From assembly GCA_963665115.1 (NCBI GenBank), contig OY762007.1, positions 576,001 to 640,000 on the forward strand: a stretch of 64,000 nucleotides of DNA. The letters run 5' to 3'. Positions 55,401 to 64,000 of the stretch are shown here, in pieces. The stretch's first letter is position 1; every line of letters starts with the position of its first letter. The stretch comes from an uncultured Rivularia sp. Lineage in GTDB: Bacteria; Cyanobacteriota; Cyanobacteriia; Cyanobacteriales; Nostocaceae. The notes under the pieces were generated by a model, which did no database searches, was not told the origin of the DNA, and saw nothing but the letters and a program-made list of their open reading frames with translations. Position numbers and translations under genes: made by a program.

Positions 55401-56198
55401 ATTCATGACTACAGTCTGCGAAAAAGCCAGCAAATCCTGCGAAGCTTCTCCACCACGCTCCCGATCGCCAGCTAAAACAGCTTCTCGTGCTTGCTGTAAA
55501 TCGCGATTAGCTATTTTAGCGATTTCCAAAGCTTGAGAAGAATTAGCGTCTAATGCGGCAAGAATAGCTTGAGTTATTTCACCGAATCCAGGTAAATTTA
55601 AAGACTCCGATAATCCAGTAAAAACTTCAGCTTGAGTGCGTAAAAAAGTAGCAACTTCGGAAGTTTCGGGAGGATTATTAACTAAATCCTCGATACTGTC
55701 AATACGTTGAGTTACACCAGTTTCAAAAATTGATAATACAATATCAAAACCTAATTCCTCAGAAGTCGGAATATGAGCCTCAGCACCAAATGCATCACCA
55801 AGCTTTTCCTGTAAATCGGCAAAAACTGAAGCAGCTCGCTGCATCAGTTCATCATCATCAATTTTAGTCCCCGTGATTTCCGAAGTTAAGCATAATTGCA
55901 AACACTCAAAAGCTTGTGATAACAAAGAGTGTAATTGAGAATCAATTTCAACTTCAGGATTATATAAAGCTTTAAAAACATCCTCTAAAGAATGGGCTAT
56001 TTTAGTGATTGATTCTAATTCAACATTAGCAGCACCACCTTTAAGCGTATGAGTAGCCCGCATTAAATTATGCACCCTATTGGTAGTTCGGTCTTCAACC
56101 AAACCGAAAAGTTCTTCTTCAATAGTTTGCAGTAATTCCGGAGCTTCGTTGAGAAAATATATATACCCTTGTTCGCGGATAGAAGAGTCAGTAATCAT
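52500..56198 (-). CDS. CheA-like hybrid histidine kinase (Hpt-HATPase-CheW-REC), PtxE/PixL-type
   Basis: RATHTLKGGA Hpt, HLVRNAYDHGIE, FSPGFST, SGRGIGLDIV and a C-terminal receiver. Confidence 0.93.
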   Translation of the reverse strand: MITDSSIREQGYIYFLNEAPELLQTIEEELFGLVEDRTTNRVHNLMRATHTLKGGAANVELESITKIAHSLEDVFKALYNPEVEIDSQLHSLLSQAFECLQLCLTSEITGTKIDDDELMQRAASVFADLQEKLGDAFGAEAHIPTSEELGFDIVLSIFETGVTQRIDSIEDLVNNPPETSEVATFLRTQAEVFTGLSESLNLPGFGEITQAILAALDANSSQALEIAKIANRDLQQAREAVLAGDRERGGEASQDLLAFSQTVVMNSQDEDTEDFNLLESHIAENIFGNVTTQSLKTESNAKPLRTQIEELYEFFTKGNIDSEPLKPKSAKFHLKVIRCILGWFNHELNIPEDKLALHLLIPKNNVAENSAEYVENWLQEFLEFVQEDSDSPSLCLYRLGGILTVLLAVARFKCYQENLCDFSIIETLQSKVSDIAKEYKNYSPVTVEEKKWLDSLKLQNLLGIKQEAKKELIEEIQETVSPEIVHNPGENILEAIWGEDIDPNLASNIIEEETTESEPESKVTQTSPLDTSNDEDSSNTIIQYAANPIAKNENRTEKKAANPARNSKLPSFVRVDVESLQRLNYLAGELLIYQKRRTSQDDQLKQTVKQLFEKLQRHQQSLEQLRDLPLHSQKVVSQNTLNVASVDFDSLEMDDYTEFHLGLHEVTEQATRLQEILESADLVIQRSAQVHDKTQRLALGIIDNLVEARMLPLGNILNRFPQMVQNLTNIHGKNVELRLSGGSVLVDKAIAEKLYDPLLHLVRNAYDHGIESTEIRGDRHKSEQGLIEICAYNRGSQTVIEVRDDGGGLNFERIRNKAIELGMLSSDKEFSRHDSGLMEEELLDCLFSPGFSTAGKVSDISGRGIGLDIVRTQLQALNGSIAVYSQPQQGTTFVLKIPFSMTTEKLMIVQTGGAAYALLLDSIAKILLPSPEQIKQFENKKVLYWNTGKEERMVNLLNLSDLMQYHRPFTSENTLSTQPTINNRDNTVNPILLLHSNDQILGLEIDQIIGEQELVVRPLGQAIAPPKYVYGCSSLANGNLILVIDGTLIPSIGEMQASIDYTALPSATSKKALQMSGEIITSKGLLAASKSTTNPQITSGHKAKSPVAKSSKVVLVVDDAISLRQTISLTLQKYGYQVVQAQNGIEALEKLQHHPEVDLVISDLEMPRMNGFELLSNLRQSPNLGNVPVVVLTSRSAEKHRQLAEALGANAYLTKPYLEHEFLSQVEKLVMA

Positions 56199-56234
56199 GA
56201 TTTGAAGAGTTAGGAGTTAGGAGTTATTTTACTT

Positions 56235-56582
56235 TTAAATTGATTGTTCGCTTGTTTTGACTATTGAACTCAAAATACGAATAATTTTATCTATATATAT
56301 GAGTTTTTGAGTTACATCAATTTTCACTAAATTAGAATATTTTAGTAGTCGTAACCAATATTTTGTTTCTTTGGCTTCTTTATAAGCAATATACATTTTC
56401 GCTAAGAAGTTTTTTCGACTTTGACTTCCACTAGCTTTTTCAACATTGCCTCCAATACTTGTTCCAGATTTGAACAATTGATTGGAAATTACATATTCTT
56501 TATGCTGTTGAAGTTGAGTGTAAAGATGGATTATCTCTAAAGCAAAGTTAAAACTTTTATTTTGTATAATACTCGTTGCCAA
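56235..56582 (-). CDS. Four-helix-bundle protein (23S rRNA intervening-sequence protein / Avd-like family)
   Basis: KSFNFALEII...NQLFKSGTSIGGNVEKA..SQSRKNFLAKMYIAYKEAKETKYWL; TTG start after GGGAGG. Confidence 0.82.
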   Translation of the reverse strand: MATSIIQNKSFNFALEIIHLYTQLQQHKEYVISNQLFKSGTSIGGNVEKASGSQSRKNFLAKMYIAYKEAKETKYWLRLLKYSNLVKIDVTQKLIYIDKIIRILSSIVKTSEQSI

Positions 56583-56666
56583 AAGCTACCCTCCCATAGT
56601 CAAAGCCTAATTTATTACTTTATTTTCTTTTACAAATCAGAAGTTTTAACTAGGAATTTAAATATC

Positions 56667-56733
56667 GAGGACTTACACAGTAATTACAAATTAATAAAAA
56701 GGTTATTAATTAATTTCTCATGCATAAGTCCTG
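56667..56733. mobile_element. Short MITE-like element
   Basis: AGGACTTACACA ... TGCATAAGTCCT inverted ends; related element at 63212-63297. Confidence 0.5.
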
Positions 56734-56776
56734 ATATCACTCCTAACTCCTAACTCATAACTCCTAACTTTCATTG

Positions 56777-59700
56777 TCAGTTGATTTTAAATTTACTTAC
56801 ACTCGCCAACAATTCCTGTCCCATTTCAGATAAGTGCTGGAATACAGAAGCAATGCTGTTAGCTTCAATGGAAGTCTTTTGGGAAATTTGGGCTACATCT
56901 TTCATGGATGCTGTAGCTGATACTGATTGCAACATTTGGGTTTGGGTTGCATCAGTAATCCTTTCAAGTAAATCGCTGATTTCGGCAGTTGCGTCAACGA
57001 TGTCGTTGAGGTTCTGTCTGGTTTCGTTTACCAGATTGGTTCCTTCTACTACCTGCTGAATACCTGTTTCCATCGCTACTGCAACTTCGCCGGTTTCTTC
57101 TTGGATTTCTTGAACTAGTTTTTCAATTTCGATCGTTGCTGCTGCTGACTGACGAGACAAGGAACGTACTTCATCGGCTACGACTGCAAAGCCTTTACCG
57201 TATTCGCCAGCACGGGTAGCTTCAATTGCAGCGTTTAGGGCTAGTACGTTGGTTTGAGTCGCAAAGTTGCTGATTAAGTTTACTACTTTGGAAATTTTCT
57301 GCGAAGATTCGCTGAGACGCTTAATCTTTTTACTGGTTTGAGAAACAGTTTCGCGGATGCCTTGAATGGCTTCTACAGTCATGTTCATGGCTGCATCACC
57401 GGAATCTACAGTTTGATTAGCTTTTTGGACTGCCATTTGTACCGATTCAGCATTTGATACTACTTCTTGCGTAGAATCAACCATTTGCTGAATCTCAGTC
57501 AAAGCACCGCTAATTTCTCTTGACTGCTGCTGCGCTAAGTCTGTTAATCCATTTAGGGATATGTTGCTGTTACCCGAAGTCTCAGCTACTTGTTGGGCAG
57601 CCGCTTGTACTTGGAGAACGATTTTCCGTAATGCTTGTAAAGTATTGTTGTAAGCGTCGGCGATAGTACCTAGTTCGTCTTCGGTAATTGGGGCACGTAC
57701 TGTCAAATCTCCGTTTAGAGCCGGTCTAACTGCTGCAAGTAACTGCATCGCACCTTTTTGCAAAGATTCTCTCGCTTGCTTCTCTCTATCTGCTGCTTCT
57801 GCTACTTGAGAAGACTGCGTTTGTAGTTGCTGGAGGAATTCAACTTGCTGTAACGCTACGCTTAATTGGTTAGAAATTTGTGTGAGCAGATTAACTTCTG
57901 CATCTTCCCAATCGCGAGGACCTTCATTTTGATAAGCTGCAAGCATTCCCCAAAGCTTTTGTCCTTGATAAATGGGGACGATAGCATAAGCTTTACACTG
58001 ATATTGCTCCAATACTTGAAGGTAACAATGGTTGAACCCTTTAGCGTATATATCAGAAACGACATAAGATTGATTCTCCGCACCTTTACTGCTTAGAGAA
58101 GTTTGTAAGTGAGGGTCTGTGTTACCAGTACTTATTCCATTGCTTTGGAATAAACTCCGCATTCGAGTACAGCTACTTACGCTTTCTTGTAAACGTCGAA
58201 TTTGATGCTGTCTATCTACTAAAGGAAGCCAGCCAGGACTGATTGATTCCGCGACAAACTCCCCACTATAATCAGGATTGAGACGATATATTGCTACCCG
58301 GTCGGCTTTTAATAGCGCTCGCATCTCTTGAGTAGTAGTTAAGAAGATACTTTCAATATCGAGAGATTCTCTGATTTTATCAATAACTCTAGATAAAGCG
58401 CGATCGCGATTTACTGATAGTTGTATTTGCTTAGATTGCTCCTGGTATCTATCTAATGTTTGTGACTGTTGCATCGCGACTGCTAACAGCACGGCAATCT
58501 GCTCCATCGAAGTGACTTCAAATTTTTCCCAATGACGGGTTTCTGTATGTTGATAGCTCGCTAATAATCCCCAAAGTCTATCGCCATGAAAAATGGGAAC
58601 GGTAAGATAGGCTTTAGCTTCAAATTGGTCTAAAAGCTCTTTATAGCAAGGAGGAAAATTCTGCTTTTCTACATCATCAACAACGAAACTGGTTTTATTT
58701 TTGTAACGACCTCCTTTAGTATCTTGGAGATAGGTATCTTTCTCTTTGATTGAATCAAGACTGCGAAGAGAGTCACAATGACCGTTTTCTTGCAATAAAT
58801 CTTCGTCAATTTCTGTTTCTGTAAAAGGTTTCCAGTTTTTGCCTACAGATTCAGCAATAAATTCACCGCTCCAGTCTTCGTTGAAGCGATAAACAGCGGT
58901 GCGGTCAGTTTTCAATAATCGACGGACTTCATAAACCGTCGTTTGGAGAATTCCATTGAATTGCGAGGAGTTTGTAACTTTTTCTGCGAGTCCCTTGTCC
59001 AATTTTGCGGGTTAGGGTGATAAGACTTTGCTGGCGTTCTGCTGTCTGCGATAATTGTCGCGATTTACGTTCGCTTTCCTGTGCAAATTCTGCTTGAGAT
59101 ACAGCTACGCCCAAGTTTATCGCGATTTGGCGCAACAGCTGGACTTGCTCGTCTTGCCATTCATAAACCCCACTGTTTTGATAAGCACCTAGTAAGCCCC
59201 AGAGTTTTTGTCCTGCAAATAACGGAACAATCACATAGGCTTTGACTTGGAACTGTTCTAAAATCTCGAGATGACAAGGTGCGTGATTCATCTCATAGAT
59301 ATCATTGGCAACCAAAGTTTCGTGCTGTCGATAACGACCTCCTTTGGTTTCCTGTAAGTGAGAATCTTCCCAAATAGTTTTGATCCCAGGACCAACTAGT
59401 GGTACCCAACCATTTGCCACAGATTCTGCCACGAATTCGCCACTCCAATCAGGATTAAAGCGATAAACCGCCAAACGGTCGCATTTTATGAGTTCGCGGA
59501 CTTCTTGGGTAGTAGTGCGGAACAGCTTATCCAAACTAGAAGCGAGTTGAATTTTATCAATAACTTTGGTTATGGATTTAAACTCTTGAGCCTGCTGTTG
59601 AAGCCTTCTTTGTAATTCAAAACTTTCTAATTTGTGAGAAATTTCAGTAACGACTAGAGATAACAGGCTAATTTCCCGTTCTTGCCACTGACGCTCCGCC

Positions 59701-60233
59701 GCACAATTTTGCATTCCTAGCAATCCCCAGATTTGGTCTGCAACAAAGATTGGAATGGTTAAACTAGCTCTAACTTGGAATTTTTCTAAAATTTGGGCTT
59801 TATAAGCTGTAAGTTCAATTTCCTTAATATCGTTAATGCTGACAGCTTCTAAATATTCTTCTCTAGCATCTAACCCAAAAATCATTGCTGGGATAGTTTC
59901 ACCAATTGCAGGAGTCCAACCATTGGCAATAGATTCTCCCAACACAACACCGGATGATGAAGAATTAAAGCGATAAAGCATTACTCTATCGCTTTGTATT
60001 TTCTCCTTTACTACTGCGGTTGTAACTTGGACTAATTCTTCCAAATTTTTTACTTTACGAATTTGATTAAGAATTGAAGATAACTGTGCTCTCCAATTCT
60101 TAAATTGCTCCTGGTTAGTTGGTGAATCTGAGGCTGTGCTGCTTAATTCGCTCAGTGTATCGGAATGTTCAACTTTAGCGATGTGATGTCCGTTTTCTGT
60201 ATGTTCTTGATATGCGCTAGTCATTGGAGGCAC
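56777..60233 (-). CDS. Methyl-accepting phototaxis receptor with four GAF domains (PtxD/PixJ-like), frameshifted at ~58992
   Basis: GAF repeats (DRxAxYRFNxDWSGEFxAES) and MCP signature [31 protein letters not shown]; removing one G from GGACAAGGGACTC joins the two ORFs. Confidence 0.9.
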
Positions 60234-60298
60234 CTTAAAGTATTTTAAATTACGTTCTTAGAGGTATTATTTTTTTCTGTCTTCCCTATTACCTAAAC

Positions 60299-60775
60299 TC
60301 AATTATGAATCGACCATAAAGGAGATTGAAGGATTGCAGAAGCATCTAAATTGACAATCATTTCTTCTGAAGAATTAATAAAATATCCCTGTAAAAAAGG
60401 AATAACTTCTTGGGAAACTAATTCCGGTGCTGGTGGCTTCATTTGTTTTAAATTAAACTCTTCAATATCCATGATTTGTCGCACCAACAAACCCATAGAT
60501 TTACCTTCTTTCTCCAAAATAATTGCCATCATTTTTGACACAAAGCTACTGCCGTAGGAGTAAGGTAAGTAGCCTAACATTTCCTCTAAATCAATTAACC
60601 AAAGCATTTCACCGCGCCAATTATAGATACCGAATACACAGCTAGGCATCTGAGGAACGCAGCACACTTCATTTAAAGATACAGGTAAAATTTCCGTCAC
60701 GTTTTGCAATGAGATAATTGCTGTATCTTTTACACCTAAATTAAAGCTTAAAAACTTATCTTCCGTCGTATCCAA
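60299..60775 (-). CDS. CheW-like coupling protein
   Basis: VPQMPSCVFGIYNWRGEMLWLIDL. Confidence 0.92.
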   Translation of the reverse strand: MDTTEDKFLSFNLGVKDTAIISLQNVTEILPVSLNEVCCVPQMPSCVFGIYNWRGEMLWLIDLEEMLGYLPYSYGSSFVSKMMAIILEKEGKSMGLLVRQIMDIEEFNLKQMKPPAPELVSQEVIPFLQGYFINSSEEMIVNLDASAILQSPLWSIHN

Positions 60776-60838
60776 AGCTATTGTTCCTTACACGTAATTA
60801 TTTATTTCTCAATTAGTATCAACTCTTCTCACTATTTC

Positions 60839-61219
60839 CTATCCCCTTTTTAATTGTTGTAAAACACCTTCCAACTCCTCTTTTTTAACTGGCTTAGAAA
60901 GAAAAGCATCAGCACCTAACATATCACCCCACATCTTATCTACATCAGTATTTTTTGTGGAGCAGAAAACTACTGGAATAGTACTGGTATTCGGATTCTC
61001 TTTCAGTTCGCGGCAAATTTCAAAACCACTTTTTCCCGGTAAAATTACATCCAGGAATATAAGATCAGGCTTATTCTGAGTGATTTTCTGCTGAGCTTCA
61101 TCACTGCTTGTTGCTCCCATGACGTTATAGCCAGCTTGTTCTAAATAGCGGCTAATCATCTGCATATCAGTTACACCGTCTTCAACAACCAAAATAGTAC
61201 TCATAGAATTACCTATCAA
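60839..61219 (-). CDS. CheY-like single-domain response regulator
   Basis: LVVED, DLIFLDVILP and FLSKP. Confidence 0.93.
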   Translation of the reverse strand: MIGNSMSTILVVEDGVTDMQMISRYLEQAGYNVMGATSSDEAQQKITQNKPDLIFLDVILPGKSGFEICRELKENPNTSTIPVVFCSTKNTDVDKMWGDMLGADAFLSKPVKKEELEGVLQQLKRG

Positions 61220-61455
61220 ATTTATTTAATAAAGAATTTACAGCGGTTAACAGCGATTTTTTGGGCTTTTATATAGCTTAATCTTCTTCTAATTTTGATG
61301 CATATGAAGTTAATTAAGCTTCAGTAAAAACACTTGTGCTATACAATATCAAAAGTTTGAATTACTTTGATAAAGCAAATATATAAACAACAGATATCTA
61401 CCATAAATAAGGGTTGTAGATAAACATACCTGTAATGCCTATAAAAGCAAATAAA

Positions 61456-62673
61456 TTAAGAATTACCAAATGACAAAGTTTGCCTACTTGAGCCACTTTT
61501 AGCAGGTGATGGAGTTTGGATATATTTGCGTATTACTCCTATTACTTTGTCAGCAACCACAGGCTTGGTAATAAAATCCGTAGAACCTACAACCTTGGCA
61601 CGAACTCGGTCGAATAAGCCATCGCTACCCGTGAGTATAATCACTGGTGTATTAGCAAAAACAGAAATTCGACGCAATTGAGCGCAAATTTCATAACCAC
61701 TAGCAACTGGCATCACCAAATCTAAGAAAATCAAATCTGGTTTATTCTCAATCAAAATTGGTAAAGCCTGTACGGGATCTTGAATTTTAATGAACCTCAA
61801 TCCTTGAGGAACAAGAATTTGTTCGAGCATCTGACAGACTTGCGGGCTATCATCAACACAAGCGATTAAAGGTCCTGATGGTGCTTCTGGCTCAGGTTCT
61901 ACAGTCGATATGTTTTGGCCATCACCGATCTTAAAAGGCAAATCGGGAACTTTAATCAGTTCGATAATCCCTTTAAGCACGTAAGGCAACAATGAACGAG
62001 CTATAGGTAACGGACTTTGCTTCATTTTGACGGCTAAATCTCGCAAAGTGTATTTACCGTTCATCAAATTGACAAAGTTTTTGTAGACGGCCGGACTTAC
62101 CATCTGCTGTAACTGTTCCGGTCTGCGGAGAATTGGTGCCAAGTCAGGAGAGAAATTCGCCAAACCTGCTTCAGACCAATGTTTCCACGTGTCTTGCATG
62201 AACTTCAAAGACATATCTGCACTTGTAAAGCTCATCGGTGCTTCCAATATCACATCGTTAGTGCGATCGCACTGGATTTGATTGAAATGTGCCTGTTGAG
62301 CTAGGTCAAATAGCAGTTCTGCGATAGTCTTTTCTACAACAGAGTTTATATGCTCGCGTTTAATTTTCTGGTTTTCATGCAAAACTTCAAGCAGTTTATA
62401 ATCCCAGTAATCATTTTTATTTGATAAATCTTTGGAGTTGAACTGCATTTTGTCAATATCAATATCCGGACAATGTTGGGTCATGTGTCTGCGCCAACGT
62501 CGGAAGGGATGAGTTCCCCCAGTTGCCCAAACTATACGTCCCAATCTGTAGTAGAACACCCACTTATGCCCTTTGGAACTTTTGATATTTAATTTGCCAC
62601 TATATTGTATTTGAGTACAAGTCCTAAATTCATCGAGTAATTCACTCGACACCATCATTTCCGGATGGCTCAT
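61456..62673 (-). CDS. PatA-type response regulator (PATAN + REC)
   Basis: N-terminal FYYRLGRIVWATGGTHPFRRW PATAN-like region and C-terminal receiver; first gene of a chemotaxis-like operon. Confidence 0.88.
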   Translation of the reverse strand: MSHPEMMVSSELLDEFRTCTQIQYSGKLNIKSSKGHKWVFYYRLGRIVWATGGTHPFRRWRRHMTQHCPDIDIDKMQFNSKDLSNKNDYWDYKLLEVLHENQKIKREHINSVVEKTIAELLFDLAQQAHFNQIQCDRTNDVILEAPMSFTSADMSLKFMQDTWKHWSEAGLANFSPDLAPILRRPEQLQQMVSPAVYKNFVNLMNGKYTLRDLAVKMKQSPLPIARSLLPYVLKGIIELIKVPDLPFKIGDGQNISTVEPEPEAPSGPLIACVDDSPQVCQMLEQILVPQGLRFIKIQDPVQALPILIENKPDLIFLDLVMPVASGYEICAQLRRISVFANTPVIILTGSDGLFDRVRAKVVGSTDFITKPVVADKVIGVIRKYIQTPSPAKSGSSRQTLSFGNS

Positions 62674-63425
62674 ACTTTGTTCCCTTTATTAATAAGTCTT
62701 CCATTAAATGTCCAGACTCGCGGTTGCAACAGTCAGGAGATACATCGCTTTGTTTGCAATTAAAAAAGCAAACCGGCTCCGGATGATTACCTTAATTTGA
62801 AGTAATGTACAATAACGCCTCTTGTTAAAGAGCCAGAACATCTGCAAGATATATCCATAGAAAAAGAATATATTTTTTGAGATTTCACGAATCATTTTAT
62901 AGAGCAGCTATAGCCCAATACGAGTATGCACCCGTATGAGTTATATATTATCTTAAAGTGAATATGACTATAACTAAATCAGTGTATATTCTGATTTTAG
63001 TTTTTTATAACTCTGTTGATTGTACGGACTTCAGCCAATTCTAATAACTATATTGTTAGTCAAAGACAATCATTTAATTATATTGATATATTTTAGATTA
63101 AGAATGGGTATAAATGAATAACATAATAGTACGTATTTATAATAAATAAAATAATAAATTTATGTTATAAAAAGAATGTTTACTATTTGATGTTATTCTT
63201 AATATTTATTCCAGGACTTAGGCAGCGAAAGGGAAAATATAGTGTTCCAGACTCAAGCGAACCCGCTGCTAATTTGGATAAATTTGCGTAAGTGCTATAT
63301 TCTTATCACTATTCCCTTTAATTCAGCTATTCACAAAAAAGGGAAAAAAATGATTTAGCCGGTTCTTTGTCAAAAAAACAAACCTGGCTTTTTATCACAT
63401 TTTTTTCACAAGAGATATTTACAGT

Positions 63426-63523
63426 TACAGCACTTTGCAGGTATATGAGGTACATTTCCCTACTCCCTACTCACTACTTCCTCTAGGAACGATGTGTACC
63501 TCACTTAAATGAAATCTGCTGTA
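63426..63523. mobile_element. MITE-like element with internal STRR
   Basis: TIRs TACAGCACTTTGCAGGTATATGAGGTACA / TGTACCTCACTTAAATGAAATCTGCTGTA. Confidence 0.6.
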
Positions 63524-63697
63524 ATGAAGGGGCTGCACTAACTAATTATAAAAGCTCCAATTATACTTATTTACTCAAAAAAACAACCTCATAAGAATGA
63601 AAGCCATTCATATATGTTGAATCGCTTTATTTTAGAGGTTAGCCTGTATTGAGAAGTGAGATAAATTAGTTCTTGTAACTTAATATCAATCTTTGTC

Positions 63698-64000
63698 TTA
63701 AGCTTCCACCTTTGTTTTAAGAAAGCCAACTAGATTTTGTAAAAACGACTGACTGACATTAATTTCACTAGAAGCATTGGGAACTGAATCTAATCTCTTA
63801 TTCTCAACTGGTGTTGTAACATTTTCTTGAATTTGTCTTTTTTCCGGTTCCTTAGTGTTTGAAGCGAAAGTCGGTTCTTGACTGTTTAGACTAGATAAAT
63901 CTGCTGCAAATGTTTGAGATGATAATTCACCAAATCCATTTGTAGAATTTAAATCAGCGAATTCAATTTTATTGTCAATAATAGGTGTTTTGGGAGTATC
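63698..64000 (-). CDS. 3' end of a hypothetical protein (partial)
   Basis: Open frame of 100 codons from the window edge, ending ...SQSFLQNLVGFLKTKVEA*. Confidence 0.6.
   Translation of the reverse strand, partial: DTPKTPIIDNKIEFADLNSTNGFGELSSQTFAADLSSLNSQEPTFASNTKEPEKRQIQENVTTPVENKRLDSVPNASSEINVSQSFLQNLVGFLKTKVEA

Noticed and set aside
56235..56582. Diversity-generating retroelement (Avd)
   Set aside because: No reverse transcriptase and no TR/VR repeat pair visible in the window

Overview
Chromosomal window from a filamentous cyanobacterium, probably a heterocyst-forming Nostocales member (inferred from psbK/psbM/petF/bvdR, many HIP1 GCGATCGC octamers, STRR heptamer arrays and a ptx-type phototaxis locus). 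Most of it is housekeeping: rplI-dnaB (with a LAGLIDADG intein), FKBP, bvdR, petF, srxA, miaE, comF, cobS, tgt, psbK, psbM, prlC, carA, mini-RNase III and rlmB. Mobile DNA includes one intact single-ORF IS66-family element with TIRs and an 8-bp TSD, an IS200/IS605 (TnpB) right-end remnant, several MITEs, REP-like palindromes and very small nested repeats. About nine genes are split by 1-2 extra bases in short homopolymers, which looks like a systematic sequencing artefact. The most interesting leads are: (i) a stand-alone AetD-like heme-oxygenase-fold diiron enzyme plus a MITE-interrupted paralog fragment; (ii) a long G-U-compensated hairpin with an alternative terminator inside the IS66 right end; (iii) a four-helix-bundle (23S-IVP/Avd-like) gene bracketed by inverted heptamer arrays inside the phototaxis operon; (iv) a srxA-SDR-divergent QueA operon; (v) an acyl-CoA-dehydrogenase-like/cyclase fusion; (vi) a structured leader upstream of a USP gene; (vii) an MCP with red/green and insert-Cys cyanobacteriochrome GAFs. 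All family calls rest on motif recognition from memory; no searches were run.
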